Part shown: positions 26,828-40,155 of the stretch, in pieces | Numbering within the stretch: the stretch's first letter is position 1 | How the letters are laid out: each line of letters opens with the position of its first letter | From: Rotaria socialis | Taxonomy: Eukaryota | Reading direction: 5' to 3' | Length of the DNA: 64,000 bases | NCBI GenBank assembly: GCA_905331295.1 | Contig: CAJNYD010000512.1 | Coordinates: 1 to 64,000 of the forward strand | The notes under the pieces: model-generated | The model's input: only the letters and a program-made list of their open reading frames with translations | Databases searched by the model: none | What the model was told of the DNA's origin: nothing | Translations under genes and position numbers: made by a program

Positions 26828-29047
26828 TTAGAATTCTAAATTACAATAGGATTCTGTTTTATACGAAGGATACAAATATACTGGTTGATAGAGTAGTTGC
26901 TGTGGAATATTTTGTCTTTGCGGATATGCAGGTATTGTTCGTGTAATTGGCGGATGATTGACAACGAGAGTTGGTGTTGTGAATTGCATTGGCATTTGCA
27001 TGTACTGATTCACAGGTTGTTGTTGATTAGCTAACCATTTTTGATGAGCTTGTATGTATTCCATAGTGTGTTGTTCTATTTCTTCTATTTGTTGTTGTGT
27101 TAACCATGCAAGCTGTTCGAAAGCTGATGGTTTATGTTGTTCGATTTCTTCAAAACGATTTTGTCGGTCGATACAAACAGAATCAGGTAAACGAGATGAT
27201 GATGATGATGTCAGATTAGAATTTGCGGGACGGTAACGTTGCCGATCGCTACTACTTGATCGCGTCGGTTGAAAGTGTGATATCATAGGAGTTTCAAATA
27301 CACGTTCATAAATAACTTCTCGTTGCGGTGCTGGTTTGTATGGTAGCCATTTTTCGATAATGATTGATTGAGGTTTTGGTGGTAACTAGAAAAAAAAGTG
27401 AGGTAAAATTCGAATTGAAAATAGAAATAATTGTATATACCGGATGATTACGTTCGATAATAACTCGTTGTGGTGATGGGCGTTCTTGAGGTAGAACTTT
27501 AGTTATTACTTGAGTTTCTTGATGAGGCGGCGGCGTTGGTGGAGCTTCTCGGAAAATTTGTGGAGGTGGTGTCAGAGGTTCTGGATCTTGTTGTTCGATC
27601 ACTAAAGGTGGCGGTGTTCGAGGGTGTGGAGCAACAATCTCTACAAATTCCAAATCGAACAATGATATACATTACTGAGTAAGAATCTTTTCTGCGAACG
27701 GATCTTAATCAACATCAAGGATAGTAGCCTGAAAATTTGTGTTCCTGTACTGAGTGAGATACGAGATTTAATGAGATTATGGAGATGTTGAGTAGGGAGT
27801 GACAATTACTTGTAGGATTTAAAATTAGTGCTAACTAAAATTTGCCTGGATGATCATTCCTGTATCCACTCTCGCTAATGCAATCTTTGATAACAAAATT
27901 TGCAGGGAAAATTTCTCTATAATATCCAGGTTTATATATTTAACTGTCACTTCATTGTCGCCCCACCGTAACAAGCTGTAACTCGGAGCAGAGTGGCAGA
28001 TTTGTCTGTCCTCGGTGCTCTTGAATTCCAAGGTTATTTGATTTAGAGCAACAATAGATGCTAAGCATCGTGAAATCAGTAATTGTTTAGACAGGAGAGG
28101 TGACCGTAGTTTCATCAGCTTATATTTTATATTTCAGTAAAGACACAACAGCTAGAAGATTATTTTGTAGAAGAAGGGTGTGTACCTCGAATGATCAATG
28201 GTCCAGTTGGCGGTGGTGTTGGTGGAACAAGATAACGAATAGAAATATTTTGCTTATAAGTTACTTGATCTGAATTTTGTTTTTTAATGATTTGCGGATT
28301 TGGATCCTTATTTAATTCTGGATGATTTTGAAGCAATATTTCATATTCATTATCGTCAGATGTTCGTATAGATGCTGTTGATAATGACCGATGGCCCATA
28401 AGTGAAGGCATTTCTTTCCTGGGATAATGTTCTCGAATAGTGATGTGTTGTTTCGAGTTTAAATTATCAATAGATTTTAATACTGACCGTGATCGATTTT
28501 GTTCGGAAGAAGAGTTGATTTCATCCATCGATGAGTGTAGACTTGATGTCATACTCAATGTGTCAATATCATCAAGTCCATAGATTTGCCCTATTTGATT
28601 TCGAAATTGGTCGTCATTGGTTTGTTTCGATGCAAAATTGATCGGGACGCTAGCATGAGTAATAATATTTGATTGATCCTCATCTGGGCTTTTCTTTGTG
28701 TCTTCATCATCATTGTTATTTATCGGTTTAAATTGATTCAGCGATGCAGAACATTTATATTTTTCATGGTACCATCTCGAAAAATATTGCTTATCTATAT
28801 AGGAATAGGGCGTCTTCGTGGAAGATTCCTGAGTTTCATCGAGTGTTGATATTGTATTTGTTCGAGTACTGCTGTTATTATCATTATTCAGAGAAGAATT
28901 CAGGTTTGCTAATTGAGAGTTGCACCCAGTATCATCCGTGATTTGAGATGAGTCTTGATGGCTTGTATCAATTCGGCCATTCAAATAGTATTGATTAGAT
29001 GAAGAAGCTTCGATTTGAACACGATTAGCTCGATAGACATGATTCAT
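26828..29047 (-). CDS. Uncharacterised Pro/Ile-rich repeat protein, multi-exon
   Basis: Spliced reading DPNPQIIKK..QNISIRYLVPPTPPPTGPLIIRE-IVAPHPRTPPPLVIEQ..FREAPPTPP..QRVIIER..-PPKPQSIIIEKWLPYKP. Start and last exon uncertain; it may extend to about 26500. Confidence 0.75.
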
Positions 29048-29965
29048 TGAGTCCACAGACTAGAATGCAATACAGAAACAATCTGAAAATTTTATACAAA
29101 ATTTCTAATCTATGTAAATGATTTGATCGGTGAAAAATATTCGAGGATCTTTTAATGAAAAAAAAATGACTCCGAATTCGAAACTACTTATCTGTTTTCC
29201 TTTCGCATCGTGATTCGCTCCTCAGTAAAACATTCAATCCTGTTACTTAGACACATTGCTCATTCATCTACTGAACAGATTCTTTCAAACGAAAATAGTT
29301 GAATTGTAAAAAGACCGTTTAGCCAAAAAAAATTCTTCTCCGAATTGATCAATTAAATTCTCTCAGTTTCATAATTTACTAGACTATTTAAGAGAAAAAA
29401 ATCGATTCTTTCTCTTTGACACTCATGCTCGCAGTTGCCCTTGAAACTTGTTCCATGGCTTCAATGCATTAGATAACAACATTGATTCAACAAACTTGTC
29501 CTAGGCTCGTACGACAAAACTATGCAGAATTCACGCCATGCTACATAATAATAACAGCAAGAGTCGCGCATGAGAAATAACTATTAAAATACCTCGTTTA
29601 ATTGTTTTTCTTCGTCACGATTATTTTGTAGCATATTTTGAATCGCTGTAAAATTTTTGTAAAATGGTTCACTATCAATCATGTTCGCATTCGGGTAGAG
29701 AATTTCCTTGCTTTCTACAAGACTTTCATCATGATGAGTTATGGTTGCCATTAAGTTACGTCTTGCATGAATATATTACATTGATATGCAAAGCGACACA
29801 TGAATGATTTTCTTTTCTTTTTTTTGACTGTCAAAAAAAGGCAATCAGACATATTGTGTCCTTTATTCTTTTTACGGCGAATATAACTAATAAACAGGTT
29901 CTCTTCTATATGCAGCGATAGTTTCGAAGGTTAAATTAATTTTTTTCTCCTTCCTATATTTAGAT

Positions 29966-32900
29966 ATGAGTGATTCAATAGTAGAACAGATTCCATCATT
30001 TGTTGCTGATTATTCATCTCAATATGGTTCTTATACAGCTCAAAGTTATGCCATAAGAAACATATGTAAACAGCCCTCCATCTATCCCTTGTATGGGGAT
30101 TCAACTCAAGCATTGGTTTTTCGTACATATGGTCCATGGTGGATAAATATGCCATCGTATAGAGAAACAAAAAAGCACTTTAAACGTTGGGAAAATGAGT
30201 TTACGAGCCGAGATTTTATTGATATTCTATATTCGAATTTAGTTTATCAATGCATAAGTGTAGACATTTATGAAACATATAATCCCGGTTCACTTCAAGT
30301 TGTTTATGCTGGAAAAGAAGAACAAGATGAAAGTATTAGTTGGCATCGAGTATGGAAATTTCCTGAACCGTTTAGTATTATTCTGAGAAATGATCAACAA
30401 ATTTTTATTGAGAATGGTAAACATTTGTTAATTCATCATTTTTGTTTTTGCTCTTGATCAATCAAGCTCCAACTTTCGAGAGAATTCTCCTATCAAAATG
30501 CCTAATATCAACCGCTTAGATATTCACTATAAAGAGATAATTATATTGAGAGCCATCAATGTTTGTTAGATACGTATTCACAATCTACTGAGTTCCAATG
30601 TCAATATCACCAGCAGCTATCAAATAATTCGGGACTATAGATGCGCAAAGCCAGCCCCGATCCCTAAATAAAGATGAAAAAAGCGAGACTTCCGTACTCC
30701 GGAGTTACGTTTTGTACTAAAGAAATAAAAAATACGAGTAATGAATAGGGATGTGACAGTTCCGCTTTAGTTCCTTTCAAAAGCACTGTTCAGACAGTTC
30801 CTTAGATCTGAACTTAGATATGAGAACTATTGCACCCCTGGTAATGAAGAAGGATTTTAACTATCAAACAAAGAAATTTTGCAGCATTTTCCTCTAAATA
30901 GCCATAGACAATCGAATAGCAAGAATCACCCGGGCCAAAAACATCACTTATCCAGTACCAAGAAGAAGGTGGTCCCGCACATCTCTACTTTTCACAAATG
31001 ATAAACGAAGATTCACGAGTTAAATCTACCGAGAAAGGCAATAAAAATTTACAATCAACTCTATCCCTGCTAAGTCTTATCTTAAAAGAAAACGATTGGA
31101 TCTATGTAATACAAAAAATCTTCAAAGCTAAAAATCAATTCGAAATCTTTCATCACGATCATTATGAAAAAAATATTTTAGGTCGCCAACAAATAAGTGA
31201 CATATTTCCGAATAACATTAATGCCACAACCTCGGCGCTTCGATCATTGCATTTAAATACGGACCATGAGCAAGTATCAAAGATTTATACTCTACATCCA
31301 TATCCACCGGCGGCTCGTATGCCTCGCATCGTTAAAATTCCATTGAAAAATAAAGTCCCATTTCCAACGCGACATATTCGCTTGGAATTCGATCATTCCA
31401 CGACTAATTATTATATAGAAATTGATACAATTAAATTATGTGGTGATTTACTAAATACAAATCAATCTGCACCAGCAGTTCGTAAATTAATTGACACGTG
31501 AAAAAAAAAACATTTTCCTTTTATTTTTAGCAAACAATTCAAACGCAAGAGGAAAATCGTGAAGGCGATTCTCAAAATTCTTTAGCATCACTTCCTTTTG
31601 ATTTACTTTTTCTTATCGTTTCTTATCTCGATCTACGCTCATTAATGCAGTTGTCCTCAACATGCCGGAATTTTCGCGAACTATGCCTTGATCCACTACA
31701 ATTCCATGCTCTGAATTTGAAACCTTATTGGAATGGAATTACGAATGATGCGATTCAGAAATTTTTTCTCGATCATTGTGTTAAAACACGATATCTTTCA
31801 TTAGCATGGACAAAATCCATTGCATATGAATCATTCAATCAGTTATTAATTACATGCTCACATAATCTTGCTCAACTTGATCTTGGCTGTTGTTCATATT
31901 TAAAAGGAGAATACATTCAAGTGATCGGTGATTGTTGTCCAAATATAGAAATTTTAAATCTAGAGAATTGTTCAACATTGCAAAATCAAGATTTTTTACC
32001 ATTAAGAAGTCTTCATCGTATTCGATCATTGAATGTCTACCGAACGAGAATCGACTACCAAACTTTATTACCACTAATCGACAGTAATAAAGAACATTTA
32101 GAACATATCAATTTAGGTAAGATTAGAAAAACAGACTTTGAACTACGCTCGGTTTTTCATGCAGTTTTTTTTCTGTTCTATAGTTTTATCTTGATTTCCG
32201 ATTTAGAATAATCCCTACAAGCGAAAAAAGTAGGAATCGAGTGCTTTCAAATATTTCCTGTTCTATCCAGTTTGCTAAATATGAGGTCTACCGAGTGCAG
32301 TTACTTCTTATACCCATCAAGTGTTTCCTAGTCGATGTATGCAATAATATTTTATTGATTTATGTCAGAGTTCTGGAAACTTTGACTTGTATCAGGAATA
32401 TTTTTTGACATAGCGCATGACCTCGATCGGCTGCTCAATGGGTTTTAACAGGAATCATCAGGTCTTTTCTCACATGGAAAAAGATCTATGCAACTAGTAA
32501 TTTGCTTAAGGTTTTTAACGCTTCGGGAAAGTAATGAGAGTATTAATTAATATTTTCGAGCCGAGCCTCTTAATCATTGGTAAAAAACCTACCAAAAATT
32601 TTCGAACAAGACTATCGAAGCTGTTGGTCTATATGAACTATCACAAAAGACTTTTCGGCAGACGACAATGAGACTTTTTCTAATCTTTAATGTAATCTTA
32701 TTGGAGTTCCTCCATATGTATAATGGATTTATAACGTTTGTGTAAAGGCAGACAGGAAAATTGTTCTATTTTTGTTGTACGCATTTGTTTTTCAGGTAGT
32801 TGTCAAAACTTAATTGATACTGTCGGCATTGTTAAATTACTGTTTGCTCGCTGCTCTAATCTTCGTTCGCTTGATCTTTGGCGTGTAGCTATTGTGCCAC

Positions 32901-33482
32901 AGAGTGAATTTTTATCAATGGTCGGTTTACCATATGATAGTTATGAAGAAGAGCGACGAATTGCAAATCTAAGGGAACACATTCGAGAACAATTAGCCAT
33001 CGTTTATTCTCTCGTTAACATGCCAGTGCAAATAACTTCAATGACACATATGGTTCATTTAAGTGAAATTGACATTGGCTGGACTGATCCACCACCTGGG
33101 TTTATTAAAAGGTTAGTTCAACAAGCTGGTCATTCTTTAATTAAAATATTTCTCACCGCTTGTAGGCGTAAGTAAAAATAAGATTACGATATTCATTTCA
33201 GTCTACTTTTATAAATTAGGTATCAGCAACGAAGATATAGTTGCAGTAAGTGAGAATTGCCTTCAATTACGTCAACTTGATGTACTTGGCTCGAGGGTTA
33301 TTCAAGAAGCAAGCATTGAATGTATACTTAAACGTTGTGTACATATTGAATTTGTTGATATATCATTTTGTTCGGAAATTTCGGACGAAGCAATTTCGAT
33401 ATGGATAGGCCGATATAAAAATTGTTTTAAACGAAGCTATCAACCCATCACTAACGATGATATTTATTCAGAATTTTATTAA
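29966..33482 (+). CDS. FBXL4: F-box/LRR-repeat protein 4
   Basis: DYSSQYGS..SY..NI...PSIYP.YGD.TQA.VFRTYGPWW, IYETYNPG, PTRHIRLEF...YY.EIDTI.L, F-box LASLPFDLL and AMN1-type LRRs; five exons with GT-AG introns; stop TAA at 33480-33482. Confidence 0.93.
30746..30840. mobile_element. 95-bp minimal relative of the 3318-3897 hAT-like MITE, in FBXL4 intron 1
   Basis: TAGGGATGTGACAGTTC ... GAACTATTGCACCCCTG; perfect 8-bp TSD GTAATGAA; shares both end regions with 3318-3897. Confidence 0.88.
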
Positions 33483-33978
33483 TTGGTTTGTTTTTCCTGT
33501 GATATTTTTTTATGGAGTTTCCGTGATTTTGTTTTGCATGTCACGATCTATCTTTCTATATATAGAATATTATTTCTTTTATTACTAAATAAAATAAACA
33601 ATCCGAAATAGTATATGAATATCGTGTTTCAATGACGACACCGTATTGGCCTATTAATAATAAATAGTTTGTTGTGCTTCTCTTTGTTTTATTGTGTAAA
33701 CTAACCCGTCCTTCTTCTTCTTCTCATGATTAAATATAACATTGAAAAACACGGAATGACTAGTACCTTCGTTTGCTTGTTCCTTTTTTTTTTCATTTTG
33801 ATAAAGCGCAAACCGGAAAAGGAAAGAACGTGTGATCCGTTGTTGAGAAGACAAAAAAAAGGAAATACTGACTCCCTTCCTGCCATTAAAACATATTATA
33901 AATCAATTCTATTCGACATTTAAACTAGTAATTCACATGAAGAAAAATCAATGTCTCAATTTTACGATATAGAAGTAA

Positions 33979-36105
33979 TCATGCGATATGTTTCACATGA
34001 TACATTTGTTCTAGGTATTGAGCTCGTGCTTTATAGATATACCCTTTAATTTCATCATCGATGTCAACTGTAGTTACTGCTTGCTCAAGATAATTGATTG
34101 ATATTTGTTGTAGAACGGACATAACTAAGACAAGAAAATAACCATCAATGAAACGAACGTCCGATTGAATTCATTTACTTGCATGTATTGGAAGCATATT
34201 ATTTTTGTAATAATATGTTTTCAACCATCGACATAGATTTGCTATTATATTCAAAGCATCAACACATGTTCGATTGTGAAATTCACTAAACGACCACAGA
34301 AAATATGCATAGTCCATGTGATTGGCATATAGAACGATCGAGAGAGAAATTATTCAAGAGGAATACTGGTAATTTTCAAACTATTAAATGCTTGAAAGTA
34401 TTCAATTAATTTACTTCTAATTTCACAACACGAAAAATAGGAATTTTCTCTTTTTTTCAACTTTGCTCGAGAATACATCCTATTCCGCAATGTTGAATAT
34501 TCCAGAACCAGTTCCACTCATGGAACCAATTCCATCTAATTCCGGCAATTTCGTTTATCACTTCCGACTCAATTCCGGAATTACACAGAATCCCTAGGGA
34601 TTCCGTTTAATTCCCAGCAATTCCGCTTTCACCTGATTCCGGAATTGGATCATCACTATATGGATAAAAGAAGATAGAATAGTAATAGAATTTGTACTTC
34701 CGGAATTGACGGAACTGATTCCGAGGCGGAACTCGTTCCGGAATGTTCAACATTGCAGAATAGGATGACTGCTCCTTTGCTTCTATTGTATTGTCACTGA
34801 CCTAGAATATTTATTTGAATTTTTAGTTTGAAAAAAAATATTTATGATATGCAAAAGAAAACCTATCTTGTTGGCCCATTTGTAAAAGAAAAATTATTTC
34901 TTAAATTAGAGGATGTATGCTTGTGACAAAAGAAACTGGTTAATTATATCCAAGGGTTCTAATTTTGATTTTCTCCCTTCTTAAATGAAATTTTTAAAAA
35001 TGGAAATCATAAATAATTCAAATACATATCATGTTGCAATACTGTAGCAAATACGGATACTAGTGCTTCAATAAACTCGAAGTCGTGAACTCGTTATTCA
35101 CTATTTACACTAACAGTACGTATCCTTAACTAGAAAAAACCTGAGGTCATATGAACACAGAACACTGTAGAAATTTTAGCATCATTTGTATTACTCAAAA
35201 TCTAGATATATATATATATCGATTAGAAGATGTAAGTCTTGATGTCGAGATATAAAATTTGCATTCCACCAAGAAATAGTACCGAAGTCTAGTTTAATTG
35301 TATCTTTTGTTTTCGCGCTTAGAAAATCTTAAGAATACTCGCGAAAATGCAACTAATGATGCATTGAATATTAGAAAAATAATTTTCCAATGAATAATCC
35401 TCTATTTTCTTTAGTGTTTATTACATTCTCATTGGTTATCATTATCAAGTGGGTTTTTTTTAGAAATGACGAAATAAGAATTAACTTACATTAGGTCCCG
35501 CTGTTGATGATATTCAGTTTTTTCATTGGTATTGTTAATAAAATAGTCACCGTCTTCTCCGTCGGAATTGTGAGTATTACCAAAGACACGTCGGATCGTG
35601 CTTAAATATTTCATGATATAAATTTGACAAGCTTGCTCCAACATATCTAAATACGGCTTTTTTTACTAGTCAAGCACGTGTCGTTTATTCAACTAAACTA
35701 ACCATATTGAAATCTGTAGGAAAGTTCAACAAGACAGGAAATATTTTTTTCATTAATTTCAGGATTAAATATTGGATAGATAAATTCAAGCATTGCTATG
35801 AAATCATTTAAATCAATATCATTGAATATGAGAGGTTCATCTTTATGATTTTTTAAAAGTTGTTCACGAAAAATTGGTGAAGCGGCTGAAAGTGAAGCTT
35901 TATCACACCAAACAGTTTGTTGATTGATAATTATTTTTACATTTGTAAACGGTCGTTCGTGTAAAAAATAATCATGAACATTTATTTTATCTTCAATATT
36001 TATTAATTTTCTAGCATATTTGGATATATTCTGTGTCGTCATTGAATGAACACGTTTTAATTTTTCATTATTAGATTTTTTATTAACGGAAATGATGTCC
36101 ATCAT
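33979..36105 (-). CDS. BTB/POZ-domain protein, about four exons
   Basis: FTNVKIIINQQTVWCDKASLSAASPIFREQL...DF..MLEFIYP...NI..LVELSYRFQ; further exons at about 35647-35491, 34330-34178 and 34127-33979 ending KARAQYLEQMYHVKHIA*. Confidence 0.85.
34476..34767. mobile_element. MITE in an intron of the BTB gene
   Basis: ~40-bp TIR CATCCTATTCCGCAATGTTGAATATTCC / GGAATGTTCAACATTGCAGAATAGGATG; ATTCC/GGAAT internal repeats; TSD unclear. Confidence 0.85.
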
Positions 36106-38532
36106 AATAGAGAATAGAAAAATATAGAAGAATGTTTTAATTAAAAATTAGATATGATAATATAAGCGCGAAAAATTATTAAAATTTTATTTTGCTTTTG
36201 ATTATACCCATTTGATCTTATTTATCAGAATCCTTATTACAGATAGTATTTCTGTGCGTCATCTTGAATTTGCGTACCACTTCAGAAAATCAGAATTGCA
36301 AGTTATTATCAGTCATTTTATTACCATTACTAATAACTACAAGGGCATACTAAGTCAGCGAGACAAAAAAACAATTAAAAAAAACCGAGAACTCTGTCAA
36401 ATGGTAGATTTACCATAGGCATTCATGTATGTGTGTGTCCCACCGTTCATCTTTTCCTAGCGTTTATTGTTTTGTATTGATATAAATAATCATGTGCACG
36501 ATGAATTCAATTAGGTGAGATGGATTCTTTCGGTTAGAGAGAAGGACAGAAAAAAAAGAAGAAGAAAAAAAAATGGAGACTAGTTTTCCGCGTCTTTTCT
36601 TGCCTGACGGTCATGACGATTAATCATTTATAATTTGATCTTTCCGATCTTTTTCTATTCTTTATGCAGCAATTTTTTCTTGTTCGATGGTTGAAGTAGA
36701 ACATCGCTAACATCAAAAATACTCTTATTTTATGATTGACTAAATGAAAGACAATGTAAATTGCGAATTCAACGATGGCAAATAGGCTGTCTCCAAAAAT
36801 ATATGTTTCCTATAATTCTCGATATAGATTGTTGAGGAAAATATTCAGAAAACAAAATCAAATTAAAGAAACATGTACTTTAAATGCTAGCTATTTTTAT
36901 TTTCTTTATGCGCATGTATCGATGTTCGTTCTAAGAAAAACGACTAATGTCTCAAGCGGGTATTACCCAAAAAATCGTAGGTTCGACTTTGATGGTCGTA
37001 ACTAACAATTTCCCTTATGACTTTTAAATTGATGATAAATCAATAGTTGAATCTTATATTGAAGTGTGATCCGGTAATTAGACTTTTGGCGTCAGAAAAT
37101 TTAGATTATCACGAATGATTGAACTCCAGGTATTTCATCAACGAATATGATTTAGGCACGCGATCGCCGTGTACTTGATAAGTCGATTAGTAAAAACGGC
37201 GGAAGAAGCTCTTGTGTGCAGTCGAGTTGCTCATAGAAAGAAACAGCGATAGGATAGTCGACGAAGACAGTGAGTGAGTGAGAGAGAGAGAGACACAGAG
37301 AAATAGATGCAGAGACAATTCAATTTTTTGTGTCTTTTCTCTTGACAATGTTCAGCATGTCGTCGTTGGCATCTTGTTTTCTTAGTGGTAATAATAAAAA
37401 GAAAATTGGTTTGTCTACGAACGTTGATAAGGTGATAGAGATGCAAAATCTAATTTATTTTTCTATTGCTTTAGTATTATTTTACTATTTTAACTCTAAT
37501 TGGCTTAGGAACACGTCAGCGCTCACATAGCCATGCGCATTTTAACAGCACTATCCATAACGGAAATATACTTTTCTCGTTCGAGATTATCAGTGAACTT
37601 TTTCTTCTATGTTTCCCTGCTGCATCTTATTCTGTTGTCTATCATTTAGCATGGACAACATGACACTTAGTCTCCTTTGTTCTTCTTCTTCTTTTATTAA
37701 CGACAACCAACAAATTGCTTAAGTGCTCTTGAGACAAAGTAAAACTAGATCGAGGATGTTAACAACGGAACTTTAGCAAAGCCATTCTCGAACATTTCAC
37801 TTATATTATTCCGATAACTGATTACATGGATCGATCAATGCATAGTCTGTTTAATATTTTGATTGGATATACAGTTTTTATTATTACAATGAATGCCAAA
37901 ATCATAACGAATAGTCTGTATATAAACAAATGTTCTAAGAACTTTAATTGATAATAAAAAAAAAATGTCATTTATTGTGTGTTTAGATCATGATAATAGT
38001 GTATATACATAAAAAAAAGAAGACGAAGACTAACATTACTCTTGTTAACATAAATATGAAGAATGTTGTATGCGTAAAAGAGAAAAGCGTTTTCATTATT
38101 ATTTTTTTCACAAAACTGTCGTCACAACTGCTATAACTAATCGAAGAAAAATGCTGTGTGCGTTCTCCCCCCTCTCTCCCTCTCTCTGTCGTCTTCTCTT
38201 CCTCTTCTCCTTCGTTCTCTTTTGTTCTGTTTGTGTGAGTCTAGCTGCTTTGACGGTTGATGATGATGATGAAAATAGAGTGGCACTTTTCCATTATTTG
38301 AAATGACATAACTGAAAGAGACGAGCACAGTAACAAAAAAAGAGAAGAGAGAGAGGCAAAAAAATTTTCTTTATTACTTCCCTAACTTGATTCCCATTTT
38401 AAAACTTCTCTTTTCATTAACATCAATGTCGTTTAGATGAGATAAAGTATCAGATTATTACAATCCTTATTGTCGTTTATCAAATGTCATGAGAATATTT
38501 CACTATCGGGCTTGTTAGCCATTGTATTTCGA

Positions 38533-40155
38533 ATGATTATCGGAACGCAAAACGTGCGCACATGTGCACTTATGTTCATTGTACTTATTTACTTGATGTT
38601 TGGTGCTGCTGTTTTTAATGCTTGTAAGTAATTTATTAATAGCTAGATTCTATAAGTGTTCGGATTTTTTTTCGTCTATCTCTCTCTCTCTCTCTCTGTC
38701 TAAATATATATATATATATTTCTATATTGTGTACATTAGTGGAATCAAAAGAAGAAGCCCGTCAACGTGCTATACTTAGACTTCGAATGGCTCGTATTCT
38801 ATATAAGAATGATACAATTCAGAACGAGTCAATTTTTAATAGTTTAACAACAGCCATATTTGAAAATCGACATGTACGCAGTGGTACAGCAAAACAATGG
38901 ACATTTCCTGGTGCTTTCTATTTTTCGACACTTGTCGTTACTTTAATTGGTAAGGTTTATATGAGATTGATTTTTATTTTTGATTTCTATATTTAGGTTA
39001 TGGCCATACAACACCAAAAACAAGTATAATTCGTGTTGCTTTTTGTTTAGCTTCCTCTTATAGTAATAATATGTTATTTATTTCTGTTTAGAGGGAGGAA
39101 AAATATTCTGTATGATCTATACAGTTGCTGGAGTGTAAGTTGATCTCGAGATTAATAGTTTGCATCTATTGTATACATTTTTCTCTTGATAGACCTCTCA
39201 ATTTGATTATGTTTCAATCAGTGGGCGAACGATTGAATGCTATTATCTCATTTGTATTATCACGTCTTAAACGTTTATTCGGTTTCCGTCGTCATAAAGT
39301 ATCCGGTTTTGAGTTGATTGCTGTTGAATTCGGCATGACAACAATACTTGTGCTCGGTGGTTCATTTATTTTTTGTAAACAAGAAAGATGGTCATATTTT
39401 GAATCAATTTATTATTCTCTTGTTACATTTTGGACAATTGGTAATGAAAAAAAACAACACATTAAAACACAAGTTTATTTCTTTTTGTCTTTCTTTCGAT
39501 TTTATCCAAAATAGGTTTTGGTGATCTTGTTCCAATGGCTAGTGTACAACGTACTGGTCATTCACTCTACTCTCGTTGGGGATATTTCATCTATACAATA
39601 TCATTTATTTTATTTGGTCTCGCAATAATGGCTTCGTCTTTGAATCTATTGGTACTTCGTCTAGCTCAGTTTCATTCCGAAAATGGTATTGGCGGAATAT
39701 CAGACGTTCTCGGTCGAAACGAAGAAGATCTTATAGCTGCTGCTATTGCTGAACATCGTGCATCTATAAGTATTCAACAACGTAATCGTATCTGTTCGAA
39801 TGTGGGTCTAATACAACAACAGAAAGCATTGTCATCCTATTTACCGATAAAAACGTATTCATGGTGGTCATTGTCATCATCGAGTTCTAAATCAGATTCT
39901 AGTAAAAATCCACAAGTAGAGACCGCTTGCTGCTCAGGATATTCTCTCATCAATTGTAGAAAACGTAAACGACGACATTGGCAACTACGTCGATCGCCTC
40001 AAAATATAAAACACTTATGTTATTTCAATCAAATGTTAGAAAATCATAAACTGGCATTCGTACGAAAACAATTGATGCCTAATCGATATAATCATCAAAT
40101 GACAAATCACATATCAGAAGAAAATACGCAGAAACAACATAGAATATCAATTTAA
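38533..40155 (+). CDS. Two-pore-domain potassium channel, TASK (KCNK3/9)-like
   Basis: QNVRT.AL....IYL.FGAAVF.ALES, QWTFPGAFYF, IGYGHTTPKT, PLNLIMFQSVGERLN, TIGFGD, FILFGL....SLNLLVLR; includes 27-nt (38997-39023) and 43-nt (39092-39134) micro-exons. Confidence 0.93.

Noticed and set aside
27672..28140. Hammerhead ribozyme or 94-aa ORF in the Pro-rich gene intron
   Set aside because: CTGATGA is present on the minus strand but no stem II/GAAA core follows; probably a TE relic with only a 7-bp inverted end.
30998..31181. N-terminal part of ORF 30998-31501 as coding
   Set aside because: It lies upstream of the acceptor TTTAG at 31181 and is intronic to FBXL4.
36200..38500. Short ORFs between the BTB and K2P genes
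   Set aside because: Low-complexity AT/GA-rich promoter or UTR sequence without protein motifs.
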